A stretch of 63,990 bases of DNA, filler included, from Octopus bimaculoides (GCF_001194135.2; 5 parts of 4 records of this genome joined end to end with filler, not necessarily neighbours in it); one strand, 5' to 3'. Shown: positions 49,156-61,809, counted from the whole stretch's first letter. A program made the numbers and translations. The notes: generated by a model not told the origin, from the letters alone.

Positions 49156-49718
49156 GGAATTCTCATTTTCCTCGTTGCTTTCTTGTTGTTGTCATTATCG
49201 ATGTCCCTCTTACTATTATCAACACATTTCTTCTTTCTCTTCGTCTTCTTTCTCTTCGCTTCCTCCCTCTTCCCTCCTCTTCCTCCTTCTTCCAACGCCC
49301 CCTTCCCCTCAACGTATCCTATCCCCTCAAAGAAAATCCCTTTGAAAAAAAAACAAGGGGTCTCACCTCGCAACCCGCCTCCCCCCCACACACTGAAAAA
49401 GAGGGAGCAGAGCTATCCCCCCCCCCAGAACCCGACCCACACCTCTGACCTCCACCAATGTTGCGATGGTGGGAGGAAGAGGAGGTGACTGAGGGAGGGT
49501 GTTGTGGTGATAGCAGGTTTGTGTGTGTGTGTGGACGAGCTGCATGCTTGTGGTTAGCGTTCGACCGAGCACGAAGTATTGAACTGGTGAAATGTGCACC
49601 AGTGTTTGTGCATTTACACGTTGCCTTAATAGACGTGTCCATATATGTGTGCGTGTATTTGTGCCACAGTGTGGATAGTGTGTGTGTGTTTTAAGTTTTC
49701 AGTCTATTCAAGCTAGTG

Positions 49719-49818
49719 NNNNNNNNNNNNNNNNNNNNNNNNNNNNNNNNNNNNNNNNNNNNTTAATTAATTAANNNNNNNNNNNNNNNNNNNNNNNNNN
49801 NNNNNNNNNNNNNNNNNN
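49719..49818. other. Artificial scaffold linker
   Basis: 44 N + TTAATTAATTAA + 44 N. Confidence 0.95.
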
Positions 49819-50289
49819 TCTACTTAGAGAAGATATGTTTCTAAAGTCATGGTAAATCGATATGTCGCACGAAAAGATAAAAAGAATCGTGTGGATATTT
49901 TTGCTTGACGCAGTCAAAGGCTTTAATTTATAACGCCCTGTACTCGAGCGTGTGCGCGGGACCTTCTCTTGGTGTGGGGCCCTCGCTTGGCTCGGCGCCC
50001 AATTTGAACATATCTGTCTAACTGGCTCAAAGCCAGCCCTGGTCGCACCAATCTCACCAGTGCAAGACGAATTACTGTAAAACGCAGGAATAAAAGCTCT
50101 TCCTTTCCTGACTAAGCGTAAGAAAGAGATGAGGAAGATAGAGAGAGAGAGATAAAGAAAGAATGAGACAGCGCGTGCGCGCACATATGTGCGTGTGCGG
50201 GTATATATCTGGATGTAGTCCTGTCGAACTTAACCGGTTCCGTTCTCCCCAGTGCTGACTTAAATGGCAAACCCACACGTGTATGTATA

Positions 50290-51510
50290 CAGGGTGTCCC
50301 AAAATTAAGGTAACCAACTTCTTTCCAATTTTGCCAAAGGAAAATATAGTTATATTTCGGATCCGAGCGTTGCAATGCAATGATAAAGGAAACACAATTA
50401 TGACACTACCACATTTATTCGATATGATCCCTTCCGTTTCGAATTACAGCCTTAAGTCTAAGTGTGAATGCTTCACACGTGACGCGCAACTGTTCTTGTG
50501 AAATCAAAGCCCCATTCCTGGCCCCTCGTCTCCAAAATGGCCGAATAGAAAAGTCCAACGGGTTGAGATCGGGGCTTCTTGTGGGCTATACATCCTTGCC
50601 TATGAACAACGGTATGTTTTTCTGAATCCAGTGTTGTGTCTGTTTGGTGCTGTGGGATGGTGCCATGTCCTGTCGGAGGCTCCAAGGCGTGCCTTGAAAG
50701 TGCTCATTCGTCCATGGAAGCAGTTCAGCTTCCAGAATGCCGCTAATTTTTCGCTGGGTGTTAATTTTAAAACGCGAGGGCACAAAAACGAGGTGAGACC
50801 TTTCAGTGGCTGTCACAGCCGCCCAAACCATAAGCGACTATGGATTTTGACATCCATTTACGAGTCTACCCTCGACGGATCCAGATACACTCCAAAGTCG
50901 GTCATTCTGGTGGTTTACTGTCCGTTCGATATCAAATTTCTTTGGGCAACGTGCCTTCAACAATCTGACGCAGGATAAGACGATTTCTCTCCAGTCTCAT
51001 GGCCTTATAAACTTGCGTGAGCGCAAGACGGCGGATCATCTTGTAGGAGTGTGTCCTGAGATCTTCCTTCAGCACTCGGTACATCGATGTTCGGTTTATT
51101 TTTGCTGTAGTGGCCAGTTTTCTGTTGGAACAACGAGGATTTCGCCGTATTTTTTCTATGGTACTTTTGATCAGCTGAAGGGTCCGCTCACTTCTTTTTC
51201 GGTCACGACCAGGTCGATCAGTGGTGGAACCAGCCTCTTGAAATTTCTTGACAATTTTCCAGACAGTAGTTCGGTTAATTTTAAGCTTTTTTGCTATAGC
51301 TGTATTACTTTCGCCTCCTTTGTGGTGGGAGTTATGATTGTATTTCGGTCAATAGCCATTATCTAATTTATAAATCTGAATTTATTTAGTCTGAAACAAA
51401 AAGAAGGCACACTAAGCTTTTATAACGATGCGTAATTTCTATATCTTATCACATTTATTGATAATTATTAAAGCCCGAAACTTCGGTTGCCTTAATTTCG
51501 GGACACTCTG
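50290..51510 (-). mobile_element. Near full-length (1221 bp) decayed Tc1/mariner element, DD37D (maT) type
   Basis: TA TSDs; TIR CAGGGTGTCCCAAAATTAAGGTAACC / CAGAGTGTCCCGAAATTAAGGCAACC; transposase from ATG 51359 with MVWAAV, QDMAPSH and 37 residues to SPDLNPLD; stops and frameshifts present. Confidence 0.92.
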
Positions 51511-51688
51511 TATATCTCTACACAAGACTCTTAGCCTTGACTCATGTATGTATGTATGTATGTATGTATATATGTATGTATATATGTGTGCTGTATTTGG
51601 AGTCAGTGCATATGCAGATTTGCTTGTGTTATTTTATGCATGTATTCTCATGCATATAGTTGCATGTCAAGACATGCGCATATATACT

Positions 51689-52229
51689 TAAATGAAAAAC
51701 TTCTGGAAAGTTTAAAAATTTTTTACAGCCGCAGTAATGGCTTGAACCTGTAGTCTTCGAATCAGCTTTCCCCTTTCTGGTTTTAAGAAGCCTAATTTCT
51801 CAAGATTGGTATTTAGACAGTGTGTTACATATCACAGGGCCCCAATAACTACAGGTATAAACCTGAAATTGTAATCTGGATAGAGTAACTACAGATTTCT
51901 CAATAGTTCAACATCTTTTTCACTGATCTTCAGCTTTATGTTAACATCCGCTGGGCAGCTAATTTCCACAGCTGTACACAGTTTCTCTTCTTCATCCCAA
52001 ATCATTATATCAGGTCTGCTGAGCTTACATTTTATTGAGGTCTTGACTGGGACATTCCACTAGTATTCCTTTTTATTATGAGTGGCTATGGCTTCTACCA
52101 TATCGTGGGTTCTTAGTTCTTTGTCCTCAGAATTATCCTTCCGATGGATTTCATTAAAGAGTGTCCTAGCTACATCATCATATCTCATCGGTAGATAATA
52201 CCGTGATGACATTTTCGGACAACTGCTTA
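51689..52229 (-). mobile_element. RLE-type non-LTR retrotransposon 3' fragment (zinc-knuckle end plus restriction-like endonuclease)
   Basis: ISSCPKMSSRYYLPMRYDDVAR ... RPDIMIWDEEEKLCTAVEISCPAD ... FIPVVIGAL; in-frame stops. Confidence 0.85.
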
Positions 52230-52937
52230 TGTATGTATGTATGTATGTATGTATGTATGTATGTATGTATAGCGGGTATAGAGGGCTCTGGATAGTAGTA
52301 ATACTTTCGACGGCTGGTATATTGCTCACCAGCTCACTAGGAATGGAAGGGCATCAATGGCCCTCATCCTTTTCCGGAGTATCTCTCATGCATGGGTCGA
52401 AAGTTCTCGGCAAAACCCACATCAGGTGACGGTCTTAACACAATCTCACAAGGTGAATGACTTTCATGGTGAAACTGTAGCCAAAATGAACTGTAGAAGC
52501 CTCGTGTTCACGACCTATGACAGTCACCTAGTTTGAAGTAATTAATATCCTCAGGTGAAACCGAAGATAGAAATGGTAACCAAATCAAAATCGTGACTCC
52601 ATATCAGATTAAACGCAACCCCGTTTAACAATGACCTCGCCATTTGTTTTCTCACCTGGGTGGATGTATTAGATGCGTTATTGGTATTCGACAAGAAAGG
52701 TTTGTAACAAAGAGAACAACAACAGGATTGGCACATGGAATATAAGAACATTGAACGAAGATGAGGAATTAAAATAACTGTTGTGTGAGGTGTTCATTTA
52801 TCCTTCAATGTTCATTTATCCTTCAGTGTTCATTTATGCTTCTCACTACTAAGACGTGATCGATGCATTCCTGAATCCAGCTTGCTCTTCCCTCAGCTGA
52901 GTTAATCAAATGGAAGAATACTAACTGGTCGGTAGTT

Positions 52938-53167
52938 CTTATTTTCTTTACTGCCCACAAGGGGCTAAACATAGAGGGGACAAACAAGGACAGACAAAGG
53001 GATTAAGTCGATTACATCGATCCCAGTGTGTAACTGGTACTTAATTTATCGACCCCGAAAGGATGAAAGGCAAAGTCGACCTCGGCGGAATTTGAACTCA
53101 GAACGTAACGGCAGACGAAATACGGCTAAGCATTTCGCCCGACGTGCTAACGATTCTGCCAGATCGC
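52938..53167 (-). mobile_element. SINE family B
   Basis: Near-consensus copy. Confidence 0.85.
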
Positions 53168-54762
53168 CGAACTACTGGTCTGTAGTTCTTGTATCACNNN
53201 NNNNNNNNNNNNNNNNNNNNNNNNNNNNNNNNNNNNNNNNNNNNNNNNNNNNNNNNNNNNNNNNNNNNNNNNNNNNNNNNNNNNNNNNNNNNNNNNNNNN
53301 NNNNNNNNNNNNNNNNNNNNNNNNNNNNNNNNNNNNNNNNNNNNNNNNNNNNNNNNNNNNNNNNNNNNNNNNNNNNNNNNNNNNNNNNNNNNNNNNNNNN
53401 NNNNNNNNNNNNNNNNNNNNNNNNNNNNNNNNNNNNNNNNNNNNNNNNNNNNNNNNNNNNNNNNNNNNNNNNNNNNNNNNNNNNNNNNNNNNNNNNNNNN
53501 NNNNNNNNNNNNNNNNNNNNNNNNNNNNNNNNNNNNNNNNNNNNNNNNNNNNNNNNNNNNNNNNNNNNNNNNNNNNNNNNNNNNNNNNNNNNNNNNNNNN
53601 NNNNNNNNNNNNNNNNNNNNNNNNNNNNNNNNNNNNNNNNNNNNNNNNNNNNNNNNNNNNNNNNNNNNNNNNNNNNNNNNNNNNNNNNNNNNNNNNNNNN
53701 NNNNNNNNNNNNNNNNNNNNNNNNNNNNNNNNNNNNNNNNNNNNNNNNNNNNNNNNNNNNNNNNNNNNNNNNNNNNNNNNNNNNNNNNNNNNNNNNNNNN
53801 NNNNNNNNNNNNNNNNNNNNNNNNNNNNNNNNNNNNNNNNNNNNNNNNNNNNNNNNNNNNNNNNNNNNNNNNNNNNNNNNNNNNNNNNNNNNNNNNNNNN
53901 NNNNNNNNNNNNNNNNNNNNNNNNNNNNNNNNNNNNNNNNNNNNNNNNNNNNNNNNNNNNNNNNNNNNNNNNNNNNNNNNNNNNNNNNNNNNNNNNNNNN
54001 NNNNNNNNNNNNNNNNNNNNNNNNNNNNNNNNNNNNNNNNNNNNNNNNNNNNNNNNNNNNNNNNNNNNNNNNNNNNNNNNNNNNNNNTTTGTATCTATGT
54101 ATGCATGCATGTATATATGTATGTATATATCTATGTATGCATGTATGTATGTATCTATGCATGCATGTATGTATGTTTGTATCTATATATGCATGTATGC
54201 ATGTATGTATGTATGTATGTATGTATATATGTATGCGTGCATGTATATATGTATGTATGTATACATGCATGCATGCATGTATGTATGTATGTATGTATGT
54301 ATGTATGTATCTATGCATGTATGTATGCATGCATGCATGTATGTATGTATCTATGCATGTATGTATGTATGTCGTACAAATGTTGTTATATATGACATCA
54401 TAACTGATGTCACTAGAAAATTATTATTTTTTTTTTTTTCTGATTTGAATTTTTTTTCTTTTCCTTTTTCCGAAAACGCCATTTACTAAATAAAGTAGTT
54501 TGGATGAGAACATCGTAGCTGTCAAAAAGGAAATACCGGAGCTTTCCAGTCTGTGGACGATCAACAAGGTCAGTCAGCATTCATCGAATCATTAATCCTT
54601 TAATTCATCGATTCAATCAATCCACATGTCTGGTCAATCATTTGTCAAAGCATCGTGTTAAAACAGTCTGCCTGGTTAGTGTCCAGCTCTTTATAATGTT
54701 AGGGTTTCTTTTAGCATTTCAAACCCTGCTGAGTGTCAAATTTGTTTTTCATCCCCTTAGAG

Positions 54763-55069
54763 CAGGGGTTTTCAAACTGTGGTCCGCGGACCGCAGGGGG
54801 TCCGCAAGGACAAGACAGGAGGGTCTGTGGACAGCAAATACTTTTTATGGGCAATTTGATTTTATATATGTTTTTTAATCGAAATCTTTTAATTGACAAT
54901 AAACCTATTTGTTAAATACTGTTAAATAAATAAATGTGAAAATATATGTTATTTTAAGCAAATATTTATGTATAGATTTCATAAGCGTTTATAAGGGGGT
55001 CCTGAAATATCCTAAGGTAAAGCCTGAAATATAAAGGGGTCCGCAAGTCAAAAAGTTTGAAAACCCCTG
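54763..55069. mobile_element. hAT (Charlie-like) MITE
   Basis: TIR CAGGGGTTTTCAAACT; perfect 8-bp TSD CCTTAGAG. Confidence 0.92.
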
Positions 55070-55468
55070 CCTTAGAGGACAATGAAGGACCAGCTCTGGG
55101 AACGGAAATGGATTGGGCGAATCCCTCCTTACACCTTCGTTTCAGTGAAATTATCTAGATTTCTGGCTATTTGCTTCCAATTTCTGGAACCCGCGACCTA
55201 TCTATCGTCACTGGGCTTTAAAAAGTTTTTCTTTCTTCGTATCTACTGCTTAGTTTCCCCATATAGTTGTGAGCCGATCTAGACACCGTCATAGCCTTCA
55301 CGCTCATCATCCAGCGAAACATCAAAGGTGTGACAGCTAGAAAGAGAGAGAACTGTACTTTTTTAAGTCAGAGTTAGAAGCAACGGTTATTTGAAGGTGA
55401 CCTGTTATCCACCTTATTACATCATCATAGTGTACTTTCGGCTTTTTTAATGTACTAGTCACTAGTCT

Positions 55469-55851
55469 GTGGAGGCGCAATGGCCCAGTGGTTAGGGCAG
55501 CGGACTCGCGGTCATAGGATCGCGGTTTCGATTCCCAGACCGGGCGTTGTGAGTGTTTATTGAGCGAAAACACCTAAAGCTCCATGAGGCTCCGGCAGGG
55601 GATGGTGGCGAACCCTTCTGTACTCTTCCACCACAACTTTCTCTCACTCTTACTTCCTGTTTCTGTTGTACCTGTAATTCAAAGGGCCAGCCTTGTCACA
55701 CTGTGTCACGCTGAATATCCCCGAGAACTACGTTAAGGGTACACATGTCTGTGGAGTGCTCAGCCACTTGCACGTTAATTTCACGAGCAGGCTGTTCCGT
55801 TGATCGGATCAACTGGAACCCTCGACGTCGTAAGCGACGGAGTGCCAACAA
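55469..55851 (+). mobile_element. Full-length tRNA-headed SINE (family D)
   Basis: A box TGGCCCAGTGG, B box TTTCGATTCC; same head as 39814-40131. Confidence 0.85.
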
Positions 55852-56316
55852 TGCACTGCAGAAATCGGGGTGCGTCTAATACGTCCGTGCGTCTTTTATG
55901 CCAAACAAATACGGTAGTCTGTTTGTTGTGGCTGGTGTGGTTATCGTTTTGGTTACATATTATGCTCCTTTTGTTGCTCTTCTTGATCTGTCTGTCGCTG
56001 CTGCTGATGTCATAATTTCTGCCATGCATGGAGTTGCTGTTATTGGTTTCGCTTGTCCCTTGTCGTCATTGCCGTTGTTGTTGCTGCTGTAGCTGTGATG
56101 ATTATTGGCCCGTTGCACAAGGCCAGCAACTTTTAGGGAAAGGGGATAAATGGATACCACGGAACCCTGGTACTTGACTGGAACTTTATTTTATCGATCT
56201 CGGAGGAATGAAGGACAAAAGCTAACCTCGGCGGGAATAACACCCAGAACACGAAGAGCCGGAAGACATTCTTTCCGATGTTCTAACGATTCTGGTAACT
56301 CGCCTCTCTTATGATA

Positions 56317-56400
<84 letters not shown>

Positions 56401-56423
56401 GTTATAATAATAATAATAATAAT

Positions 56424-56990
56424 AGCAGCAGCCCAACATGTGTATGTAAACAACAAAATGAAACCATTGATCATGTTGTCTCCATGTGCAGTCTTCTTGC
56501 GCCTACACGGTACCTCAACAGGCATGATAGAACAGCACAGTCTATTCATTGGGTAATTTGCAAAGACTTGGACTTGCCCCATGATAAAAACTGGTGGGAA
56601 CACAAACCGCCGCCAGTACTTGAAAACGACCACATCTCACTCCTTTGGAACTTCACCGTTCAAACTGACAGAAAGATAGATGAAAATAGGCCAGACATAA
56701 TATTGAAGGATTTCAGACAAAGATTATGCCTCCTCGTTGATATGATTGTCCCAATCGACATAAATGTATCTTGTCAAAACCGACCCAAAACTGAGCAAGT
56801 CTTGAAATAGAAATTGGCAAAATGTGGAACCTCTAAAACAATACCTGTTGTCATAAGTGCCCTAGGAATGATAGCGAAAGGGGCTGATTGCTACTTAGCT
56901 CAGATATCAGGAAATCCCAAAATGGAATAAATTCGAAAAATAGTGCTCATGAGAACTGCCCATATCCTACGTAAAATATTGTTTATTTAA
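56424..56990 (+). mobile_element. R4/Dong-like non-LTR retrotransposon 3' fragment
   Basis: CVCKQQNETIDHVVSMCSLLAPTRYLNRHD ... LWNFTVQTDRKIDENRPDIILKD...LVDMIVP ... IPVVISALG; preceded by (TAA)n. Confidence 0.88.
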
Positions 56991-57056
56991 TCCCCTACAA
57001 ATTTTAAACCGTAAACATTTCGTCCAGCGTGCTAACAATTCTGCCAGCTCGCTGCC

Positions 57057-57091
<35 letters not shown>

Positions 57092-57200
57092 TAATTCGTT
57101 TTATTGGTCACAAGGGCTAATATCAATTAAAAACATATAAGGACAAAGACAGGACGAAGGTTACAAAAGGTTTTGTCCGAAAAGGTAGGAAAGTTCGTCT

Positions 57201-57300
57201 NNNNNNNNNNNNNNNNNNNNNNNNNNNNNNNNNNNNNNNNNNNNTTAATTAATTAANNNNNNNNNNNNNNNNNNNNNNNNNNNNNNNNNNNNNNNNNNNN
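57201..57300. other. Artificial scaffold linker
   Basis: 44 N + TTAATTAATTAA + 44 N. Confidence 0.95.
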
Positions 57301-57343
<43 letters not shown>

Positions 57344-58125
57344 GTCGAACGATGAATCAAACAATCGATTAGTTAATTGGTTAAATGTTGGGCCAATTGA
57401 TCAATTGACTAATAATAATAATAAAAGAAGTGAAATGGAAACCAATGCAGGTATTTATTATTTATACTATTTACGACAAACAACAAAATCTGATTCAACA
57501 GACGAATTCACATGAAAAATCATACAAGCCAAACATCAATAACTAATGTTTAAAATGTTAACTACCGAAACGATTAAAACTCGATATAACTTATTTCGTA
57601 TTGTTTTTCAACCACACCATAATTCTGTTCCTCCATAACTCCACAGCTGATATGGTTGTCTCCCCTTTCTTATTCCTAACTTGTTTTGCCTTCCTTTTTC
57701 TTTTTTCAGATACCTATCCCTTCTTACGCTCAGCCAAGTATTTCTTCCTCTCTTTTCTTACTATCCGCTCCGACATTCATTTCTGTCATCTCTTTCTCTT
57801 ACTCTATTGCTCCTTCAGATTTCTCTCCTTCCTTCTTGCTCTTATTTATTACTTATGTGGCTTTCTGCTTCTTTCTCCTCTTTCTCTTCATTCCTATCCT
57901 CTCACTCCCTCTCCGCTTTTGCTGTCCTAAGCAATTATATACGGAGCCAAACTTTATAGCACTTCAGTTTTACAAAATTTAGTGTATACACGCTTTGCTG
58001 AAACACTGTGGCCATGTTGTAACAATACCAATGTCAATATACATATATGTATGTGTAAGAGAGGGGCTGGGGGAGGGTGTGTGGGTGTGTGGGTGTAGTT
58101 TACATTATATATATATTGTACTATG

Positions 58126-58229
<104 letters not shown>

Positions 58230-58715
58230 ATGCCATTATATATTCATATATATATTTATGCATGTATGCACGTATGTAAGCACGTATGTAAGCACGTATG
58301 TAAGCACGTATGCATGCATATATACATGTTTGTTTGTGTGTATGTATGTATGTATCTTCGAAATATCAAAATACCATTTCTATGTGCGCATCGGTCTGTA
58401 ATTAAACAAACTTTACATTACATTACAATATGTTGACAGAAACCAGTTGATTTACTCGGAACGTTTGTTGTACATAAATATTTCAATGTAAATACTTCAT
58501 TTCCGATGATTAATAGCAGACTTGTTCAAACATTTAGCGTCACCTAACTCCAATTTCTGTTCGGAAATGTTTGCAGATACGTTGGTTAGTTAGTATAATG
58601 CTCTCAGAATCTCAATATCCAGCTTCATCAAATTATGGATAGCTAACTGGTTAAGGCTTTCGATTTATTGACCGATACTCATACACAAATCTCTCTCCTT
58701 CTCTATCTATCTATC

Positions 58716-58756
<41 letters not shown>

Positions 58757-59415
58757 NNNNNNNNNNATCAAGTAGGTGTATTGGTTTGACGGTCGGGAGA
58801 ATGAAAAAGTCTTTTATGTTTTGAGCCTACGCTCTTCAACAGAAAGGAAGATAAACAGAGAGAGAATGAAAAAAGAACTTATAGATTTTAGCGGTCAAGC
58901 ATGGCGAATGATTAGAAAAAAATTGGGGTGGGGTGGGGGTTCTGCTATCCCGGTTTTGCATTCTCCTCTCTGGTAGAATATCTTCAGATAAAACAAAGAA
59001 GTACGTACCTCAAGCGAAAACACAAAAGGCCTTTCGGACATTCGAAATATTACGTACATACATACGATCTGTGTTTTGAAGTAATTGTAGTGCTCAGCCC
59101 CCCCCCCCCACNNNNNNNNNNNNNNNNNNNNNNNNNNNNNNNNNNNNNNNNNNNNNNNNNNNNNNNNNNNNNNNNACGTATTATAACCAAATTTTGGTGC
59201 TTTCGTAATGGAGTTGTATAGTACTCGTCATCTTGCAGGAATTTTCTGTCTAATCTCGATGGGGAATGAACTGTATTTGATGCATTGATTAATAAATTTT
59301 ATTGCTCAATTATCGAATCAGCTGTATTTTCTCTATAAACCGCGTTTATACTAGAGAGGAACAAACTGCATATTAACACCATCACTCGATTGATGTTGAT
59401 ACATCATATATGTGC

Positions 59416-59462
<47 letters not shown>

Positions 59463-59523
59463 TGTGTGTGTCTGTGTCTGTGTGTACACACACACACACA
59501 TATGCATATATGTATGGATGGAG

Positions 59524-59568
<45 letters not shown>

Positions 59569-59670
59569 GACACACACATACACAAACACACACATACAAA
59601 TACACAAACACACACATATTTATAAGTACAAATGTACTTATATATGCATACGAATACGCATATATAAATA

Positions 59671-59806
59671 TTTATTGATTCTTAAACAAGAATACTATTG
59701 ACAGAGACTTCGAAGTTTCTGCCAGTCAAGCCATCGTTCGACGATGGCTTAACTGGACGAAACTTCGAAGTGACTGTCAATAATAGTCTTGTTTATGAAT
59801 AATAAA
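59671..59806. repeat. Imperfect palindrome (3-nt loop) made of two truncated hammerhead-like copies
   Basis: Arms meet at ccatcgt-TCG-acgatgg; each contains GAAAC-TTCGAA-GT. Confidence 0.7.
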
Positions 59807-59942
59807 TTTGTTCTCTACAAAAGGATGGAGTAACCATTCAGATTAGTAAAATTGTTTTTATCATAACTGGATATAAAACAAACATTTACACGTATAAATA
59901 CACATACATAGATACATGCGCATATATGTACATGAATACCTA

Positions 59943-60439
59943 TGTGGTCTGATCAATAAGTATCGGGACTGTTGCCATAGTAACGAAGCTATTGCACGCA
60001 GAGTAAAGCCGCTTGACACAGATTGTCCGGAAACTCTGTCAGGCATGCGCACTGAGTTTTGACGTTCTAACGTACTTCTGCTGTTTACAGCAGTGCTTAG
60101 AAGGAAGGTGTGTAGCGGGTGATCGTCCATTGAACATGACAGAGAAAGTTGAAAGAGAATCTGCATCAAATGTTGCCAAAAGCTTCGTGATACCTGCTCA
60201 GAGGCTTACGTCAAGTTTTCTAAAAGTTTTCATCGTTCTCAACATAATCAAGGAGATCTTGTGCAGCTGGAACCCGTGCATCTTTTTGGTCAGCTGAAAG
60301 TAGTTTTAGCATAAACTTGGCAGACACGCGTCTCATACCCTTCATTCTTACTAAACTATGTAAAAGATCTCGGAAAGTTGGGCCTCTATCAGGCATTTCA
60401 TCATACCCATAAGGCCAGGAACTTTTCAGTAATCCCTCG
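59943..60439. mobile_element. Two mariner relics joined in opposite orientation
   Basis: + strand: TA-TGTGGTCTGATCAATAAGTATC end and an MTEKVE/RICIKCCQKLRDTCSEAY remnant. - strand: TA-CGAGGGATTACTGAAAAGTTCC end and GMRRVSAKFMLKLLSADQKDARV. Confidence 0.7.
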
Positions 60440-60630
60440 TACATATATAGGTTTGAATAGAGGCGGGGAAAGTAAGGGAAGGGCGAACCATGTAGCCTTG
60501 GGTTCAGTCTTACAGCATGGCAAACGACTTCTATTAAATCCTTGTGTTGACTAATGCCTTGTGGGTGAATTTGATGGACGAAAAGTGTGTGGAGGCTTGT
60601 CATTCATACGTGTGAGTGTGTGTGTGGGTC

Positions 60631-60663
<33 letters not shown>

Positions 60664-61095
60664 CGTGTGTGTGTGTGTGTGTATACTTGTCATTTGACGA
60701 CCGATGTTTGTTTGTTTACGTCCCCGTAACATAGCAAAGACACCGATAGAATAAAAACCAGGCTTATCTTTTATCTTTTACTTGTTTCAGTCATTAGACT
60801 ACAGCCATACTGGGGCACCACCTTCAAGAATTTTTTTTAATTGAATGAATCGACTCCAGCACTTATTCTTTAAAGCCTGGTACTCAGCCTATCAGTCTCT
60901 TTTGCCGAACCGCTAGTTTACAGGGANNNNNNNNNNNNNNNNNNNNNNNNNNNNNNNNNNNNNNNNNNNNNNNNNNNNNNNNNNNNNNNNNNNNNNNNNN
61001 NNNNNNNNNNNNNNNNNNNNNNNNNNNNNNNNNNNNNNNNNNNNNNNNNNNNNNNNNNNNNNNNNNNNNNNNNNNNNNNNNNNNNNNNNNNNNNN

Positions 61096-61148
<53 letters not shown>

Positions 61149-61561
61149 ATGTGTGTGTGTATGTGTGTGTGTCTACGACTGGCTTCTTTCAGTTTCCGCC
61201 TTCGAAATCCTCTCAGATGGTTTTGGTCGGCCCGAGGCTATAATAGAAGGCTTTTGTCCAAGGTCCCCACTGCGTACAGCTGAACCTGGTATAATGTGCT
61301 TTTGGAAACAATCTTCTTACCACAAAATACAGACGTTGATTTCTTTAATTATGTCCTTAAAAACCGTGCTGCAAGATGGCCGATTTCCAATCATTGAAAC
61401 AAGTTAAAGATAAACGGTAAAAGAAAATATTGCTAAAAAATAATTTAAGTTACTGAATATTTCGGAAACTTCTGCAATGGAGCAAACATTTATAACTACT
61501 TCTATATTTCCCAGGATTGTGGAGTGAAGGCTCTACGCTTGAATAAGCTGATGAAGTTGTA

Positions 61562-61809
61562 CAGGATGTTCAAAAAGTCTCTCCGCAGTAAGAATTTTAT
61601 TGCAAAATAAATATTTATAAGATGGTATAAGACTACAAAAGAAAATAAAGTCTAATATATTCGACTTTACAAGATATAAAAAAATTATAATACGTGTTCA
61701 AAGTGTCGTCCTTCATTTTCAATATATAAGTTGACTCTTCTACACATGCTTTCAAATACATCTTGGAGAGAAACAAAATTCACTGCGGAGAGACTTTTTG
61801 AACACCTTG
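61562..61809. mobile_element. Tc1/mariner MITE
   Basis: TA|CAGGATGTTCAAAAAGTCTCTCCGCAGT ... ACTGCGGAGAGACTTTTTGAACACCTTG|TA. Confidence 0.88.

Noticed and set aside
48594-49391. Thr/Ala-rich or Val/Ala-rich mucin-like ORF
   Set aside because: Pure (GTT/GCT)n tract open on both strands, with no splice or homology support
58941-58995. Another hammerhead-like motif on the minus strand (CTGAAGA-T-ATTCT..AGAAT-GC-AAAAC-CGG)
   Set aside because: Too many core and helix mismatches to support from a single copy
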